Assembly: GCA_002104905.1 (NCBI GenBank)
Contig: MCFE01000133.1
Span: 94,505-158,504, forward strand
Reading direction: 5' to 3'
Length of the DNA stretch: 64,000 nucleotides
Source: Basidiobolus meristosporus CBS 931.73
Taxonomy: Eukaryota; Fungi; Basidiobolomycota
This document shows, piece by piece, positions 13,094 through 26,595 of the stretch; the stretch's first letter is position 1, and each line of letters begins with the position of its first letter. The notes beneath the pieces were generated by a model, which saw only the letters and a program-made list of their open reading frames with translations, did not search any database and had not been told where the DNA came from. The position numbers were made by a program, and so were the translations under genes.

Positions 13094-14165
13094 TGTAGTG
13101 GGGTGACAGTGACACCCACTAACAGATGTGCTCATTCCCTTATTTTCTACTTCCCTATATCCCTACTACACTCATTTTAGTTTTATCCCATTTGTCTTAC
13201 CCAATCAGTACTATCCCATAAGCCGGTTGACTATCACACCTGCTTACCTTATTGCATAAGTTACCCCTCACCTTATGTAAGATTACTAGTTACAAGTGCT
13301 TCTATATTAGGCAAGTACCCGCGCCAGTACCCGTGACACATGATCAACCCGTGTCACCATCCCTACCATTTCCATACCATATATGGTATCCCCATGTTAC
13401 ACAGGTTTCAGAATACTGATTCCTGATTGGTTGGATGTGCTGTGCCTCTTAGAACCTTCCGGCACCTACTTAGAACATTCTTAGGTCATTCTGATGTCAT
13501 TAAGATTTCTATTGAACTCCGGAACCTTCTGGAACATCATGATTAGTAATCACTTAGCCAGTGAAGAAAAGTATATAAGGGAGGCTATCCCTCAACAATA
13601 AATCATCATCCCTTTTATCAATATACCAACTTGTTGATTAGTGTGATCACTGCTACCTGCTGCTACCTGAACTTCCAACCCTAGACCACAGGACACTCCC
13701 AGGAAACCGCGCTGACAGCCAACTGACCTTGGAGGCACTACTTGTGAGGAATACTCAGAGTAGGTATCTTTTATTATATTTGATTCTTTCCCAAGTTTGT
13801 TCTTGTACAGGCAAAGATACTTTTCTGTCTTTGTAACTATTGACCAAAGCTGCATTCTTATCAAGTCCCTGCTGGTGGAGTTTACAGTTGTTTTGACTTT
13901 GGAAGCTTTAGTACATTGTCATCTCAAAGGACGCTGAACCCAGCACATACTTTTGTTAAGACGCCAACTAAGTTGGGGATTGTAGCTCAATAGTTTTCCC
14001 TTGACAAGCTTGTGGCTTTATTCCCCTTCACATTAGATTAGAGACAGAACCCAAGTATTCCTAGCAAGCTTTTGCCAGAGGTTATCGCACCCAGTGAACA
14101 CCCCACACACAAAACACTTGAGAAGTGTTGGACGTATCTCTCCCTTGGACTTATACACCACCACA
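13094..14165. mobile_element. 1072-bp solo LTR of an unrelated family inserted in the integrase HHCC motif
   Basis: Ends TGTAGTGG...CCACCACA; 4-bp flanks GCGT (13090-13093) and GCAT (14166-14169); removal restores ERHMSLGHANPLTTYKMLRKMFYW. Confidence 0.85.
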
Positions 14166-16850
14166 GCATGTCCTAATGACATATGTCTTTCTTGTATGAT
14201 TTCTTCACAGGCTGCTAGTGGGGGTACCTTGGCTCTGGACTGTCCTTGGAGGAACCATAGTTGATTTTCTTGTACTTCGTACTGACACCATTTCCTTCAA
14301 AATTCTCTCTTCTGTTTGTTTGTAACAATGTGTTTAGGATACCTCCCTTTCTTTTTAAAGCAGATTACGTCCTTGTACTCATCACTGACACGTATTTGGC
14401 AAATGGGATAGCAACTGAGGAAGTCTGCGTCCTGGTGTTTCTTGCCAGCGCGGTGAATTATTTCAAAGTTGTATTGCTGTAGTCGTAGGGCCCAACGTGC
14501 TAGTTGGCCGGTAAAGTCTTTAGTTTTCATCAGCCAGACCAGTGCGCTGTGGTCCGTTACTATCGTGAATTGGCGACCATGTATGTATGTATGGAATTGC
14601 TTAATTGAATAAACAACAGCCAGACATTTGATCTTGGTAACGGGGTAGTGGCGTTTGTGTATGTTTAGCAAACGGCTCATGTAACCAATTGGGTGGAATT
14701 CGCCGGGTTGGTGGTATTGTCCCAGTACGGCACCTATACCAGTGAGGCTTCCATCACAGTTAATAAAAAATCTTGCATCCCAATTGGGAAATCGTAACAC
14801 TGGCGGTGACATCAGGGAATGTTTCAGCTGATCAAATGCTCTCTTTTGAGGCTCCGACCATACAAAACACTGGCCCTTTTGCGTCAATTCATATAGGGGG
14901 GCTGCTATCGTCGCAAAGTTTTTGACAAGGCGGCAATAGTAGCCGGCTAATCCTAGGAATCCCAACACTGCATTAATGTCCTTTGGTGCAGGTGCATTTT
15001 GAACAGCTTTCAGGAGTGACGTAGATGGGTATATTCCATCTGCCGAGATCTTGTGGCCCAGGAACAACAATTTTGTATACAGGAAATGGCACCTCTTGGG
15101 ATGTAGCTTGAGTTGGTTCTCAAGGAGGGATGTCAGGATATGTTGCACGTCGTGTATATGTTCTTCAACATCGGGGGAATATATTGTGATGTCGTCCAGA
15201 TACACAAGGGTGCATTCCCATTGTAGATTTCCTAGCACCTTGTCAATCATCCTTTGGAACGTAGCGGGGGCATTGCACAAGCCAAAGGGTAGTCGGTTCC
15301 ATTTGTATAATCCAAACAATGTTATAAAAGTGGCTTTGGGTCAATCTTCCGGGGCTACTTCTACTTGCCAATACCCGGAGATTAAGTCAAGAGAGCTAAA
15401 ATATTTAGCTCCGATTAATCTGTCCAAGAGGTTGTCTATTTGCGGTAGCGGATACACGTCCTTCCGGGTGACGGCGTTCAATTTCCGGTAGTCAATGCAA
15501 AAGCATCGCTTTCTGTCTTTCTTTGGGACTATCACTACGGGGGAGGCCCACGGAGACTGGCTCTCTGTAATGATGTCGTCTTTTAATAAAGTTTCAAACA
15601 TCTCTTTGATATAGTCTGTGTTAATTTTCGAATTCCTATAGGCTTTTTGCTTGATGGGGTATTTGTCGGCAAGGTGGATTTGGTGATATACCCCAGGTAT
15701 ATGACCAATTACTTGGTTCTTAGAGAATACTTGGGCAAGCGGACGTATTCCTTCTAGGAATTTGTCTTGTAATGTAGGCGGTAGACTGGGGTCCACATCT
15801 AGTTTGGGGAGTTCTTCTTCTGGTTCTTTGTTTGGAGGTGGTCCTTGGTTGTTTCCGTCGACTTTCTCTAAGTTTAACAATGGCACTCCTCTAGGCAATG
15901 TCACCGTGTGTCGCCCATTGTTAACCACTAAGCATTTCAGGCTTTGCGTTTCAAATTTTGGTGGTATCCATACTTTAGGGATTGAGATTCCTTCCAGTTG
16001 CTTGGATGCTTTTGCTGCGGTTATCATTCTTCCGCTCGTTGAATAAGCTATTGGTGTTTCTAATGAGATCACCGTCTCACTGGCGGATGGTATTTTTATC
16101 ACCTTTTGTGTGATGATTGGAGACTGCGACGGTTTCACCTCTTCAATTGTCACACTGTTGCTACGCGCCTTGCTCTCATTGGTGATATGAATCAGTGGGA
16201 TACTCTTGGTATCCCACCTGAGTTCAGATGCACTGTAAAGTATATCCATCTTATGTTGGATAAACCAACTCTCGCCAATGAGTAAGTTGTTGGCTGCAAC
16301 GGGTAGGACCACAACATCTTGGCGTATTATCAAGTTGCCTAGCCAAGTGGGGCAATTAGGCACCACACCTACCGTTGTATCCAGTTGGTCATTTGCTAGC
16401 CGTACTTGAATGGTGTCATTGGGGACTATATTTAGTCTTAGACGTTTCGCTAATGACTCTGACATGATCAACGTAGGGGATCCTGTGTCAATAAGGGCGA
16501 GAATCTCCTTATTCTCTATACGTACCTTTACGTATGTACCTTTATTCGGTTTTTGCAGGACCGTCTGGTTGACATGGAGGGTCGTTATCTCCTTCAATCC
16601 CTCTATCAGTTCCTTGACTAGAGCCGGGGCCAGTCCCAGTAAATTGGTTATTGGGAGGGTTGCCTTGGTTTGCTCTAGTACCTTCATTATGGGGAATAGG
16701 CCATGGGAAGACGTGCTAGCATTCTTTGTTTGCTTTAACACTTCTTCCCAAGGTTCATTCCGTACTTCTTCACCTAATTCCGCGCTCTTTCCTTTTGACG
16801 GAACCTCTACTACAGGTTCCTTTGCCTCCTCTCTAGAAGCATCATGTCAA
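14166..16850 (-). pseudogene. gypsy pol: aspartic protease, RT, RNase H
   Basis: LIDTGS; PWASPVVIVPKKD, IDYRKLN, PFGLCNAPATFQR, YLDD, CDGS; TGA stops at 15341 and 14297. Confidence 0.92.
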
Positions 16851-17790
16851 CGCTTGTTCTTCCGCACTTCGATTGTCCTGATGGGAGGGCTTAGATTGAC
16901 TGAGTCCCGTTGGCCTCCTGGCAAGGGACTCTGTCTTTTGACGCCTTCTTCTCTTTTGTGTCCGGTACGGCTTCTCTTCCGTACCATTTTTCACATTCAT
17001 GGGCCCGGTGACCTACTTCTCCACACACATAACACGGATACTGTTGTCGCGGTTGTTCCATCTGTTGGGTCAGGACTTGAACCTGGGCCTTTAGATCTAT
17101 GACAGCTTCCCAGAGTTTATCACCTTCTTTGGGGACTTCTTGGACATTGTTGATCAAGAGTTCTTGGACCTTTCGCCGTAATTCCTCTAACTCACGGTCT
17201 TTTGGGGAGGCAATTTTTCCTTTCTTACGGGGGATCCCTGTCCTTCGATCGTTTGTATCACTATAGGGTAGCCCCCATAGCAAGATGACCCCTCACACTT
17301 GTTCGACCAACTCCTGCAACGTTTTACATCCCTGTTGTTCTTTGGACGCCCTATGTCTTATTTTGTCGTCTAAGCCCATGATGTAATACCTCATGAGCTG
17401 TTGTTTGGCGATTTTGTCCTTTGGGAGACATCAAACTTGTTGGAGAAACAGTTCAGTGTAGGCTTCATAGCTTTCACTGCTTTTCTTCCGCAAGGACAGT
17501 AGAAGGGCTTTGTAGTGGTATCCTTCGGCATATAGAAAGCGTGTCTTGTAGGCTTCTTCTAGTGCATCCCAGTCGTCTTTGACTGCGTCTTCCAACCCAT
17601 AATGCCATTGCCATGCTGACCCTTCCATATGTCTTGCAAACTCTCTTACTTTCTTATTGTTGTCCCATCCTGCATCAACCGCGCTCTCTCAAACTTATTG
17701 AACCACTCAAGGGCTTTCTCTCTCTTTCCCTTGTATGTTTTTAGTTTGATTGTAGTAGTCATTACCTCACTTGTGCTTATTTCCGCAGAG
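16851..17790 (-). pseudogene. gypsy gag with zinc knuckle
   Basis: EGSAWQWH...DDWDALEEAYKTRF and CYVCGEVGHRAHEC; several stops. Confidence 0.8.
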
Positions 17791-17799
17791 ACGGCACCA
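17788..17799 (-). other. gypsy primer-binding site TGGTGCCGTCTC, possibly tRNA-His
   Basis: Starts 4 nt downstream of the 5' LTR; complementary to a tRNA 3' end GAGACGGCACCA (yeast tRNA-His ends GAGAUGGCACCA). Confidence 0.6.
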
Positions 17800-17803
17800 A
17801 ATA

Positions 17804-18190
17804 TGTGGGTTATTACTGACTGTACTTGGTGAGTGGGAGAGCTTGTAGGTCAAGTCAGTACCACTTGGTTCAGAATAGCTTCCGATAGAAGGTAGCAAGG
17901 TAATAAAGACTTCTGTTTATTTTGTCCAAATCTCGTTGTTCTTCCTGGTTCAATTGGGTAGATATATATATCACTTGGGGGGGCTTAGACAATAGACAAT
18001 GTGTTATAAAATAGGGGTGTGAACACCTTCCTGTTATGGTAAGTGTTCTAACTAGATAAGGGCAGGGATAGGAGGGGAGGACGCATGGGGGAATCATAGG
18101 GAGGGTACTGGAGGACTTTGGGTAGGACTCAGGAGGGAACTCTTGGGAGAACTCTTGGGCAAAGAGTGGGTACTACATTGAGTACTCACA
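17804..18190 (-). repeat. gypsy 5' LTR
   Basis: Direct repeat of 10342-10728. Confidence 0.95.
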
Positions 18191-18195
18191 GAGTT

Positions 18196-19560
18196 TTCCT
18201 AATAAAAATTAGGTGCTTGTTGCACCCAACCCAACTTTACATTATGTCACTGATTACTCACTCATTGGGGCTGCTTAGCTTCTTAGTGCCATAGGCATAA
18301 GTGTCTCCATGTACATATTTGTCATCAGTATTCTCCAACTCTTCCTGGCTGTCCTCCATGTGCCAACTCATCACATCCATAACAGACTTGAAGGTAATAT
18401 TCTTGGTGAGATTGGGATATGGTAGTACCTGCAACTTGACTTGTCTTTGTATCTCCCCACACATCCACTCCATAGGAAACTCCCAAAGGTGAATCAAGGC
18501 CCAATATTCTCCCCACACTGTGCAAGATGGAGTCAAGAATGGATACAGTAGTGGCAGAGATCTACTTGTTCAGCTTTATGTTTGTAGTATGGCTGCTCAA
18601 ATCCTGCCACAAACTCCTTGCACAACAGCTGTAGATGCGTCAAGTTGGCATTGGTGATCTGCTTCTGGATAAATATTCATACAATATCCATCTATGACTC
18701 CCAATGCTTCCGATGCACTCCGGGTAGGAATGGCTTCAGAACACCACTTAAATAAATACATATCCAGTTCATCCAGTCTTTGCATTTGAATTGTCACATA
18801 TGCATATGAATATTGATTGGAGCCCATGAGAATTACTCAGGGTAGCAGATACTCTGTAATATCTTTGCAATTCTTTCAAATTTCTCCAGTATCTTGAAGG
18901 GCTCATTTAGCATGAAATGCTCCTTGTGAGACTTGGTCATCAGTATAGGGATATTGTTGAAAAGCAAATGCATTGCCCTAGTGGAAAGCATTTGCTCTAA
19001 CAGATACTGTCTATCTTAAGCATCTCTGGTTTCCAATTGATTCCATATTCTGATCAATGGCTAATAGCTTGCCAACTTTGCTGCAATTGCATGCTGACTT
19101 CTGTATGTTCTCTCTGTGGAAAGATGATGTCCTTATTGCTGGTGTTTGGGTAACAATAATGTGTATGAGTTATGGAGTAAATCCCCTGGATCTCACACAT
19201 TTGGCAGCAATACCATCCATTGCACCTGGAAATACCTGCTATCTTGCTGAGGGCTGGAGTATCTCCAATGCAGATAATAATATGAGCTTTTACATGACAG
19301 TCATTTACTGTTGTCCTGCTGGAAAGCATAGAAAACTCATCCAGCAATGAATACAGGTAGCTATTCAGGTTGGACAGTGACTTAGGCCCAGTTACCAGTG
19401 AGACTACCATCAGATTATTGCTCTGAAACTGTAAAATGGCCAACAGATTCAGATTGATGAGAATCAGTGGCCAGCAGGATTTGCTGGTAGAGTACTTGTT
19501 TAATGAGAATCTATCTAGTGCTAATGCAAAGGCATGGTCATACATACCTTCAAAGTGGCC
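18196..19560 (-). mobile_element. CACTA/EnSpm-like (Transposase_21) DNA transposase relic
   Basis: SCWPLILINLNL...VTGPKSLSNLNSYL..LLDEF...IGDTPALSK...CQMCEIQG and WEFPMEWMCGEIQRQVK...PYPNL match CACTA transposase motifs; broken by stops. Confidence 0.8.
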
Positions 19561-22318
19561 CTATGTCTGCAATCATTCCATCTGTAGGACAGTAAGCTAA
19601 GCTAACTAAGTTATTCTCTATAGCTTCACATATGAAATGATGTCTAATATCTATGTGCTTGGTTCTTGCATGAAAAGTTGGATTTCTACCTAATTGTATA
19701 CATCCTTGATTATCTTGAAATAAAGTAATAGGCATTTATTGACATAGGCCTAAATCTGTAAAGAGCTTTCTTAACCACATTGCTTCTTTTGTAGCTTCAC
19801 AGGCTGCCATATACTCTGCCTCTGTGGTAGAAAGTGCTACGGTTGGTTGCTTTCTTGAATTCCATGAGATTGCTCCTTTACAGTAAAGAAAGGTGTACCC
19901 TGTGATGGATCTTCTGTCTTCCAAATTTTGTCCCCAATCAGCATCAGAGTATCCCACAAGATCCTGTTCTGAATCCTTATAAGTGTATCTTAAGCAGATA
20001 TCAGCAGTTCCTTTTAGGTATCTAAAAATCCGCTTAACTGCTGCAATATGATCAGATCCATAGTTCTGATTATGTTGGCTGACAACTCCCACTGAATATG
20101 AGATATCTGGACATGTTCCAAGCATGATATACATCAGACTGCTAACCATAGATTGATAAGGAAAGTCAGGGCTTTCTGATGGCACCAAGCTCTCTTGATT
20201 TGGTTGAGTTTTGACCAAGTTAAGGTTTGTCTCCATTGGGGTAGCTGCCGGTTTGCAGTCTTCCATTTGTTACTTCTTTAGTATATCTTGAATATACTTG
20301 GACTGACTTAGGGTGATAGTCTGGGTACTTCTGTCTATGGAGAACTTAATCCCTAAGTAGTAGCTGAGTTCTCCTAGATCGGACATCTTGAACTCCTTAG
20401 ATAGGCTGGATTTAGTTTCTTCCAATGTTTCTAGGTTATTGGTGGCTATAATAAGATTGTCCACATATAGAGCTAATAGAATAGGCTATTTAGGGCCTCT
20501 TTTACAGTCTGGGGTTCATCAACATGGACTGAATAGGCATAGGCTAGGTTTGTACCCTCATTGATATAGTAATTTGGGCTATTTCTTGTCCAATTAGATC
20601 TCTGGGCATTTGATACTGGACTGATCACTTCTGGGATATTTCTGGGCACTGATTCTGGCTGAACCATGGTTGTAGAGTCCTCTGGCGTGAAAAAATTTTC
20701 ATTGTTTTGCTCTGATTCAATCCTGACAATTGGTGGACTTGAGATCAAATTTTTGTCATCATCTGATATCATATTTTGTGAAAATTTTGAGTTTTCATCA
20801 AACAACACATCCCTAGACTTGATCAGCTTCTTTGCTTTGTTACTGTAGAGTCTGTATGCCTTACTCTCATTGCAGTAGCCCAAAAATATGCATTTTACAC
20901 TTTTTGGCTCAAATTTTGACTGATTTGTGGCCAGTTTTTTTGGCATATGCTGTACACCCAAATATTCTTAGATGTTCTGCACTTGGTCTGTATCCATACC
21001 ATGCTTCAAATGGAGTAGAATCACGAAGTACTTTGCTATAACTCCTATTTTTAAGGTATACAGCAGTGGCAACTGATTCCGCCCAAAAATCATAGGATAA
21101 TATTTGATCATGGATTATATATCTTGCCATATCAATTATTGATCTGTTAGCATGTTCTGCTACTCAATTTTGCTGTGGGGAGTATGGTACAGTAGTCTCT
21201 TGCTTTATCCCATGATTTTTGCAGAAGTGGATGAAGAGTTTTGAGGTATATTCTCCACCATTGTCAGAGCGTATTTTCTTGATTTTTTCACCAGCTTCAC
21301 TCTCCACCATGGCTTTAAACTCCCTGAAATTAGACAGAGCTTCTTCCTTTCACTCCATGAAGTAGACCCATGTGTATCTTATAAAATCATCAATAAAAGT
21401 GATTAAATACTCCATCCTGCCTAAGGATAAATTTTGCATAGGTCCACACAGATCTGAGTGAATTAGATCTAATTTTTTCTCAGTTTTGATTAACCCAGAG
21501 CTCTTGAACGGTTGTCTGGCTTGTTTTCCATATATACAGGCTTCACAGTGCTCCAAATTAGCTGGGGGATCAATTTTCACTCCAGAAATTAGCTGATCTT
21601 TGATCATTTTATGCAAATAATCAAAATTGATGTGTCCAAATCTCCTATGCTAAAGCATTGTTGTTTCTTCATTTAAGTTACTTATATTGGCTTCCAGATA
21701 TGATGGAATATAAGTCAACTTGTATAGACTCTGATCTCTGATGCCTAAAGCAATATGAGCACCATTTTGATCAGTGATCCTGCATCCAGAATTGTCAAAA
21801 CTGAAACTGAGTCCTTCTGCTGTGGCCTTGCTTACACAGAGTAGGTTCTTGGCTATTTCTGGTACATAGAGTACTTCTTTAAAGGTCAGTGTATGGCTTC
21901 CTTCACTGCTTCTAAGGTTTACTTGGATAGTTCCTTCTCCCACTACATCAAGTGTTTTATTGTCACCCATGAAGACCTTCTTAATTGGAATTTCTTCATA
22001 TTGGGTAAAAAGTTCTTTTTGGTGTGTAAAGTGTTGAGATGCTCCAGAGTCAATATACCACGTATGAGAATCCTTGTTTGTGGTCATATTTGGTGCAGAT
22101 ATGAATAGTCTATCTTCAGTTGTTGCAGCATTTCCATATTCAGGCTTCTTTTGCTGATTATCTTTCATTTTGAGACACCGGTCTGATGTGTGTCCTTTCC
22201 TTTTGCAGTAGTTGCAAAATAGGTTGCTGTTGCCTTTGTAGGGTCTTGGGTACCTCCTTATTGGTTATCATTGCTTATTAAAGCATTTTCTTCTTCCTTC
22301 TTATTGGCGCTTGATTTT

Positions 22319-23013
22319 TGTTGTATCCAAGAGAAAGTGTAATAAAACTCTTGAATGGTTTAACTGAACCAAAGGGACAATTAAGTGCAGAATCTTAGAA
22401 TTGTCAGAGAGTGGCAGAAATATTAGCAGAAAGATTCTGATCTAATATTGGTCTTGGATACAGCTGGGTTGGCTATAAAGACAATGATATTTGTTTGCTA
22501 GGCAGGCTAGGCTTGGTGTTCTTTGGAGTGCTAGATATACTAGGCTTGGATAGAAACTAGAACGGAATTGTTGGATTCTTATTTTTGCTGAGACAGAATC
22601 TTAATTTTGTTGAGACACACACTAAACCAAAAGGTTCAGCAAACTTTATTTATACTTTTCTGATCAAGTTGAATTAGTAAGCGCCAAGGGACTGATTGAT
22701 TGAAATCAATTTGGGTGTTCATAGGTGCATAAGATAAATGAAAATTACATCATCAATCAACTGATGTCTTGGCAACTGCACAGTGGTTGGATAGATCTCA
22801 GATGACTAATCACCTGGGAAGGCTTGGCAGATAGGTTGATAACGTAATGACCATTTGAAAATAGATCAGGTGTGATAGCTAAAAATAGATTCTGAGGTGG
22901 GATAAAATAAACTGTAACTGGGATTTGTTATGTTTGGGTTAGGGAAAAGCAGTGAGGGTACTAGATTTTCAAACGGAGTAAAATTGGCTAAGTTTAAATG
23001 TTGATGCACAACA
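22319..23013. mobile_element. 695-bp solo LTR of a second family inserted in copia gag
   Basis: TGTTG...CAACA ends; TSD ATTTT at 22314-22318 and 23014-23018; removal restores DEELRKSSANK. Confidence 0.85.
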
Positions 23014-23164
23014 ATTTTCTTAATTCTTCATCCAGGAGCCTTCCATATACATAATTTAAGGTCAAATCTTCAGTTCTGGACTCTAGGGCTGATACAAGGC
23101 CCTGAAGCTTGTTTGTCAGGCTATTCAGGATAGTAACTATCACATCCTTATCAGTAGTTGGTAC

Positions 23165-23514
23165 TGTTGTAAGAGTCTTGGAGATATTGGAAGTGATTTG
23201 GAGAACAAGTGGATTATGTGGTTTTAACTTAATGATTTATTGAATGTAAAAGTAGTATTTATACTTTTACCAAGTCTTGGCATTACAAACACGTAGAATA
23301 GGTTAAGAAAGGTCCCAAGAGCATGTGTGCAAAGTTTGGGGCTGTTTGGACAACTTTGAGAATTTTCATGTTCTGGGTACCTGGTATTTTGGTGAAAATA
23401 TTCTAAGTAAATCCCGACAAGGAATTTGGTCAGTATTCTCTAGGATTTGAAGGTAATGATCTAATTGACTAAGTTAGGTGAATATTTAGGTTGAATTACG
23501 AATTTTTTACAACA
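23165..23514 (-). mobile_element. solo LTR of the copia family inserted in its own gag
   Basis: TGTTG...CAACA; TSD GGTAC at 23160-23164 and 23515-23519; removal restores VGVPTTD. Confidence 0.9.
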
Positions 23515-24334
23515 GGTACGCCCACAGATTCCATCTCATCTACCAGCAGGGTAATTCTTTTAATTAGATTTTTCATTTCTTCTCCTGGTAGCATCTTTGT
23601 AGTAAAGAGTTTTTGTCTCAGATACATTTTCTTGGCAGCTGAGCATGACTGGTAGGTGTCTTCCAATGCTTTCCAGGCATTCTTTGCCATTTTTGCTCTT
23701 GAGCATTGAATTAGCAATTTGTCCTTGACATTAAGGCAAATGCAGTTAAAGGCACTTTGTTCTTTCTTCTGGTACTTTAAGGCTTCCTCTCGCACGTTTT
23801 TACAAGGGCATTCTTCTCCCATGACAATATCCCAAAGGCCTCTTTCTTGTAGCAGCATCTTCATCTTCACCTTCCACACTTGGTGGTTAGATCCATCCAA
23901 CTTTTCAGCAGAGGGAAAAATTCCAGTAATAGCAGTAGTAGACATTGCAGAGAGTGACAGCTTGGGGCTCATAACCTGTTGTAAGAGTCTTGGAGATATT
24001 GGAAGTGATTTGGAGAACAAGTAGATTATGTGGTTTTCACTTAATGATTTATTGAATGTAAAAGTAGTATTTATACTTTTACCTGGTCTTGGCATTACAA
24101 ACACGTAGAATAGGTTAAGGAAGGTCCCAAGAACATGTGTGCAAAGTTTGGGCTGTTTGGACAACTTTGAGAATTTTCATGTTCTGGGTACCTGGTTTTT
24201 TGGTGAAAATGTTCTAAGTAAATCCCGACAAGGAATTTGGTCAGTTTTCTCTAGGATTTAAGGGTAATGATCTAGGTGACTAAGTTAGGTGAATATTTAG
24301 GTGGAATTACAAATTTTTACAACACTTACAACAA

Positions 24335-24630
24335 CTTTCACTCAATGACTTGTAGAGTGTAAAAGCAGTGTTTGCACTTTTGCATGGTTTTGGCATTACA
24401 AACATGTTCAATATGTATAGAAAGGTCCCAAGAGCATATGTGCAAGGTTTTGGGCTGTTTGGATGACTTCAATAATTATCATATTCTGGGTACTGGATGT
24501 TTTTGGTGAAAGTATTCTTAACAGCTCCCAGCATGGAACTTGTTTATTGTTCACAAAGATTTGTAGGTTACAATCTTAGTGATCATGTTAGACAAATTTA
24601 TTGGCAGAATTGAAAATCTTGACTACAGCA
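24335..24630 (-). repeat. older degenerate copia-family LTR
   Basis: Recognisable GGTCCCAAGAGCATATGTGCAAGG core; ends eroded. Confidence 0.6.
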
Positions 24631-25135
24631 TAAATGTTAGGTGGCTGGAAGTGTGCCAATAAGGGACAAGCAGGCAGAAGCAAATGCACCAGTGCACTGC
24701 TTATCAGGGAAAAAGCATAGCACCACTTAAGAGACACTCAGTCCAAGTAGCAGTAAAGGACTAGACAGTGATAAAAACCACTGGCTTCCTCAGGAGTCTG
24801 TCATAACCAAGGATGAAAGCTCAAAATAAACAGTAAACAAATGTCAGGCTGCTGGAAGAGTGCCAGTAAGGGACAGCCAGGCATAAACAGATGCACTGGT
24901 GCTGCATTTATGGGGGAGAAATGTAGCTCAGTACAGGAAATGCTTAGCCAATGTAGCAGGGAAAAACTTGGCATTGATAAAGGAAGAGGTAAAGGGAAAA
25001 GAGTCTAACTAAGATAGAGACAGGGAAGTGTCAGAAAAAAGCTGTAGTTCACACCAATGAATGCCATGAGTCCAGAACAGGCTCAATCTCATAGTGGCCA
25101 AGAAGAATTACCAACAAGACAGCAGCTATTTTCTC

Positions 25136-25483
25136 TGTTATAAGAGTCTTGGAGATATTGGAAGTGATTAGGTGAGCAAGTAGATTATGTGATTTACACT
25201 TAATGATTAATTGAATGTAAAAGTAGTATATTTACTTTTTAACAGTATTGGCATAACAAACACATGGAATAGACTTAGGAATGTCTCAAGAGCATGTGTG
25301 CAAAGTTTGGGGCTACTTGGACAACTATGAGAACTTTCATGTTCTGGGTACCTAATATTTAATGAAATTATCCCAAGTAAATCCCATCAAGGAATTTGAT
25401 CAGTATTCTCTAAGATTTGTAGGTTATGATCTATGTGACAAAGTTGGATGAATATTTAGGTAGAATTGCAAACACTTACAACA
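25136..25483 (-). repeat. copia-family LTR (solo)
   Basis: TGTTATAAG...TTACAACA; aligns to the LTR family. Confidence 0.75.
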
Positions 25484-26009
25484 TTTCCAAGAGTTGCAAG
25501 CACAGTAAGTTGAGCCAAACTCCAGTGAGGTATATGAGCTTGCAGAGAAAGCTAGTTTGTCTACCACAGCCTCCCCATCCTCTTGCATAAAGCCATTGGG
25601 TTCTTGCTGACACCATAGAAAAAGGGTATTGTGGCAGAAGTGCATACTGAATGGTGGATTTCAATGGAAATAAACCAGTTTGTATGCATGAAAAGAATAA
25701 GCATTGGGCAAGTCAGGAAGTAAGGAGTGTGTAAAGAGGCAATAGCCAATCAATGTACACAAATGCAGGAGGTGATTGAGTGTCTGGGGTCAGAAAGTGA
25801 GCAAAATGACTGAGAATCAATTCAAAGCCACCAATGTTTTGAGTAAGATTTTTGACCAAGTTTTTTGTGAAATCTGAAGGGGCAATTTTTTGATGGTCTT
25901 TGCACCATGTCCTAATGTCATCCTTACCTCTTAGTTACAGGATTAAAATTCTGTGACCACCTTTTGATGGGATCATCACAATTATTTTTCATAGGGCATA
26001 TTTCAGGAT

Positions 26010-26595
26010 AATCAGGGATGTATACAATTAGGTAGATCAAACTTTTCATGCCAGAACTGGGCACATATATATATTAGACATCATTTCATACAAGAAGCTA
26101 TAGAGAATAACTTGGTTAACTTAGTTTACTGTCCTACTGATGAAATGATTGAAGACATATTTATCTAGCCATCAGCGAGAGACAAATTTGAATATCTCAG
26201 ATCACAATTAGGACTAGTTAATATGAGTATTTAGTTGCGAGAGTGTGTTGTAAAAAGTTGTAATTGCACCTAAATATCCACCTAACTTAGTCACTTAGAT
26301 CATTGCCTACAGATCTTAGAGAATACTGACCAAATTCCTAGTTGGGATTTACTTGGGACATTTTCATCAAGACATTAGGTACCCAGAACATGAAATTTTG
26401 TCAAGTTGTTCAAACAGCCCCAAACTTTGCACACATGTTCTTGGGACCTTCCTAAATATACTTTACATGTGTATTCTGTCAAGACCATATAAAAGTATCA
26501 ATGATACTTTTTCATTCAACAAATCATTGAAGCAACGGCCACTTTATCTACTTGTTCTCCCAATCACTTCCAATATCTCCAAAACTCTTACAGCA
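26010..26595 (+). mobile_element. copia 3' end: RNase H tail and 3' LTR (26246-26595)
   Basis: GCIQLGR...RHHFIQEAIEN-like sequence, then GAGAGTG, then TGTTGTAAA LTR. Confidence 0.8.

Larger units (their letters stand above)
10342..18190 (-). mobile_element. full-length Ty3/gypsy LTR retrotransposon (gag, PR-RT-RH-IN, extra 3' ORF), inactivated by stop codons and a solo-LTR insertion
   Basis: 387-bp LTRs TG...CA at 10342-10728 and 17804-18190; 5-bp TSD GAGTT at 10337-10341 and 18191-18195; PBS next to the right LTR; motifs CxxCxxxGHxxxxC, LIDTGS, YLDD, GIDFVGP. Confidence 0.95.
19561..24324 (-). mobile_element. copia relic C: 5' LTR 23977-24324, PBS, gag with two solo-LTR insertions, IN, RT N-terminal deletion at ~20490, RNase H, no 3' LTR
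   Basis: ORFs 23496-24164, 21650-22168, 21350-21616, 20473-20961, 19736-20266 are near-identical to the 55105-59789 element. Confidence 0.9.

Noticed and set aside
16410-17102. 230-aa plus-strand ORF inside the gypsy
   Set aside because: Antisense to gag/protease; low-information S/L/F composition.
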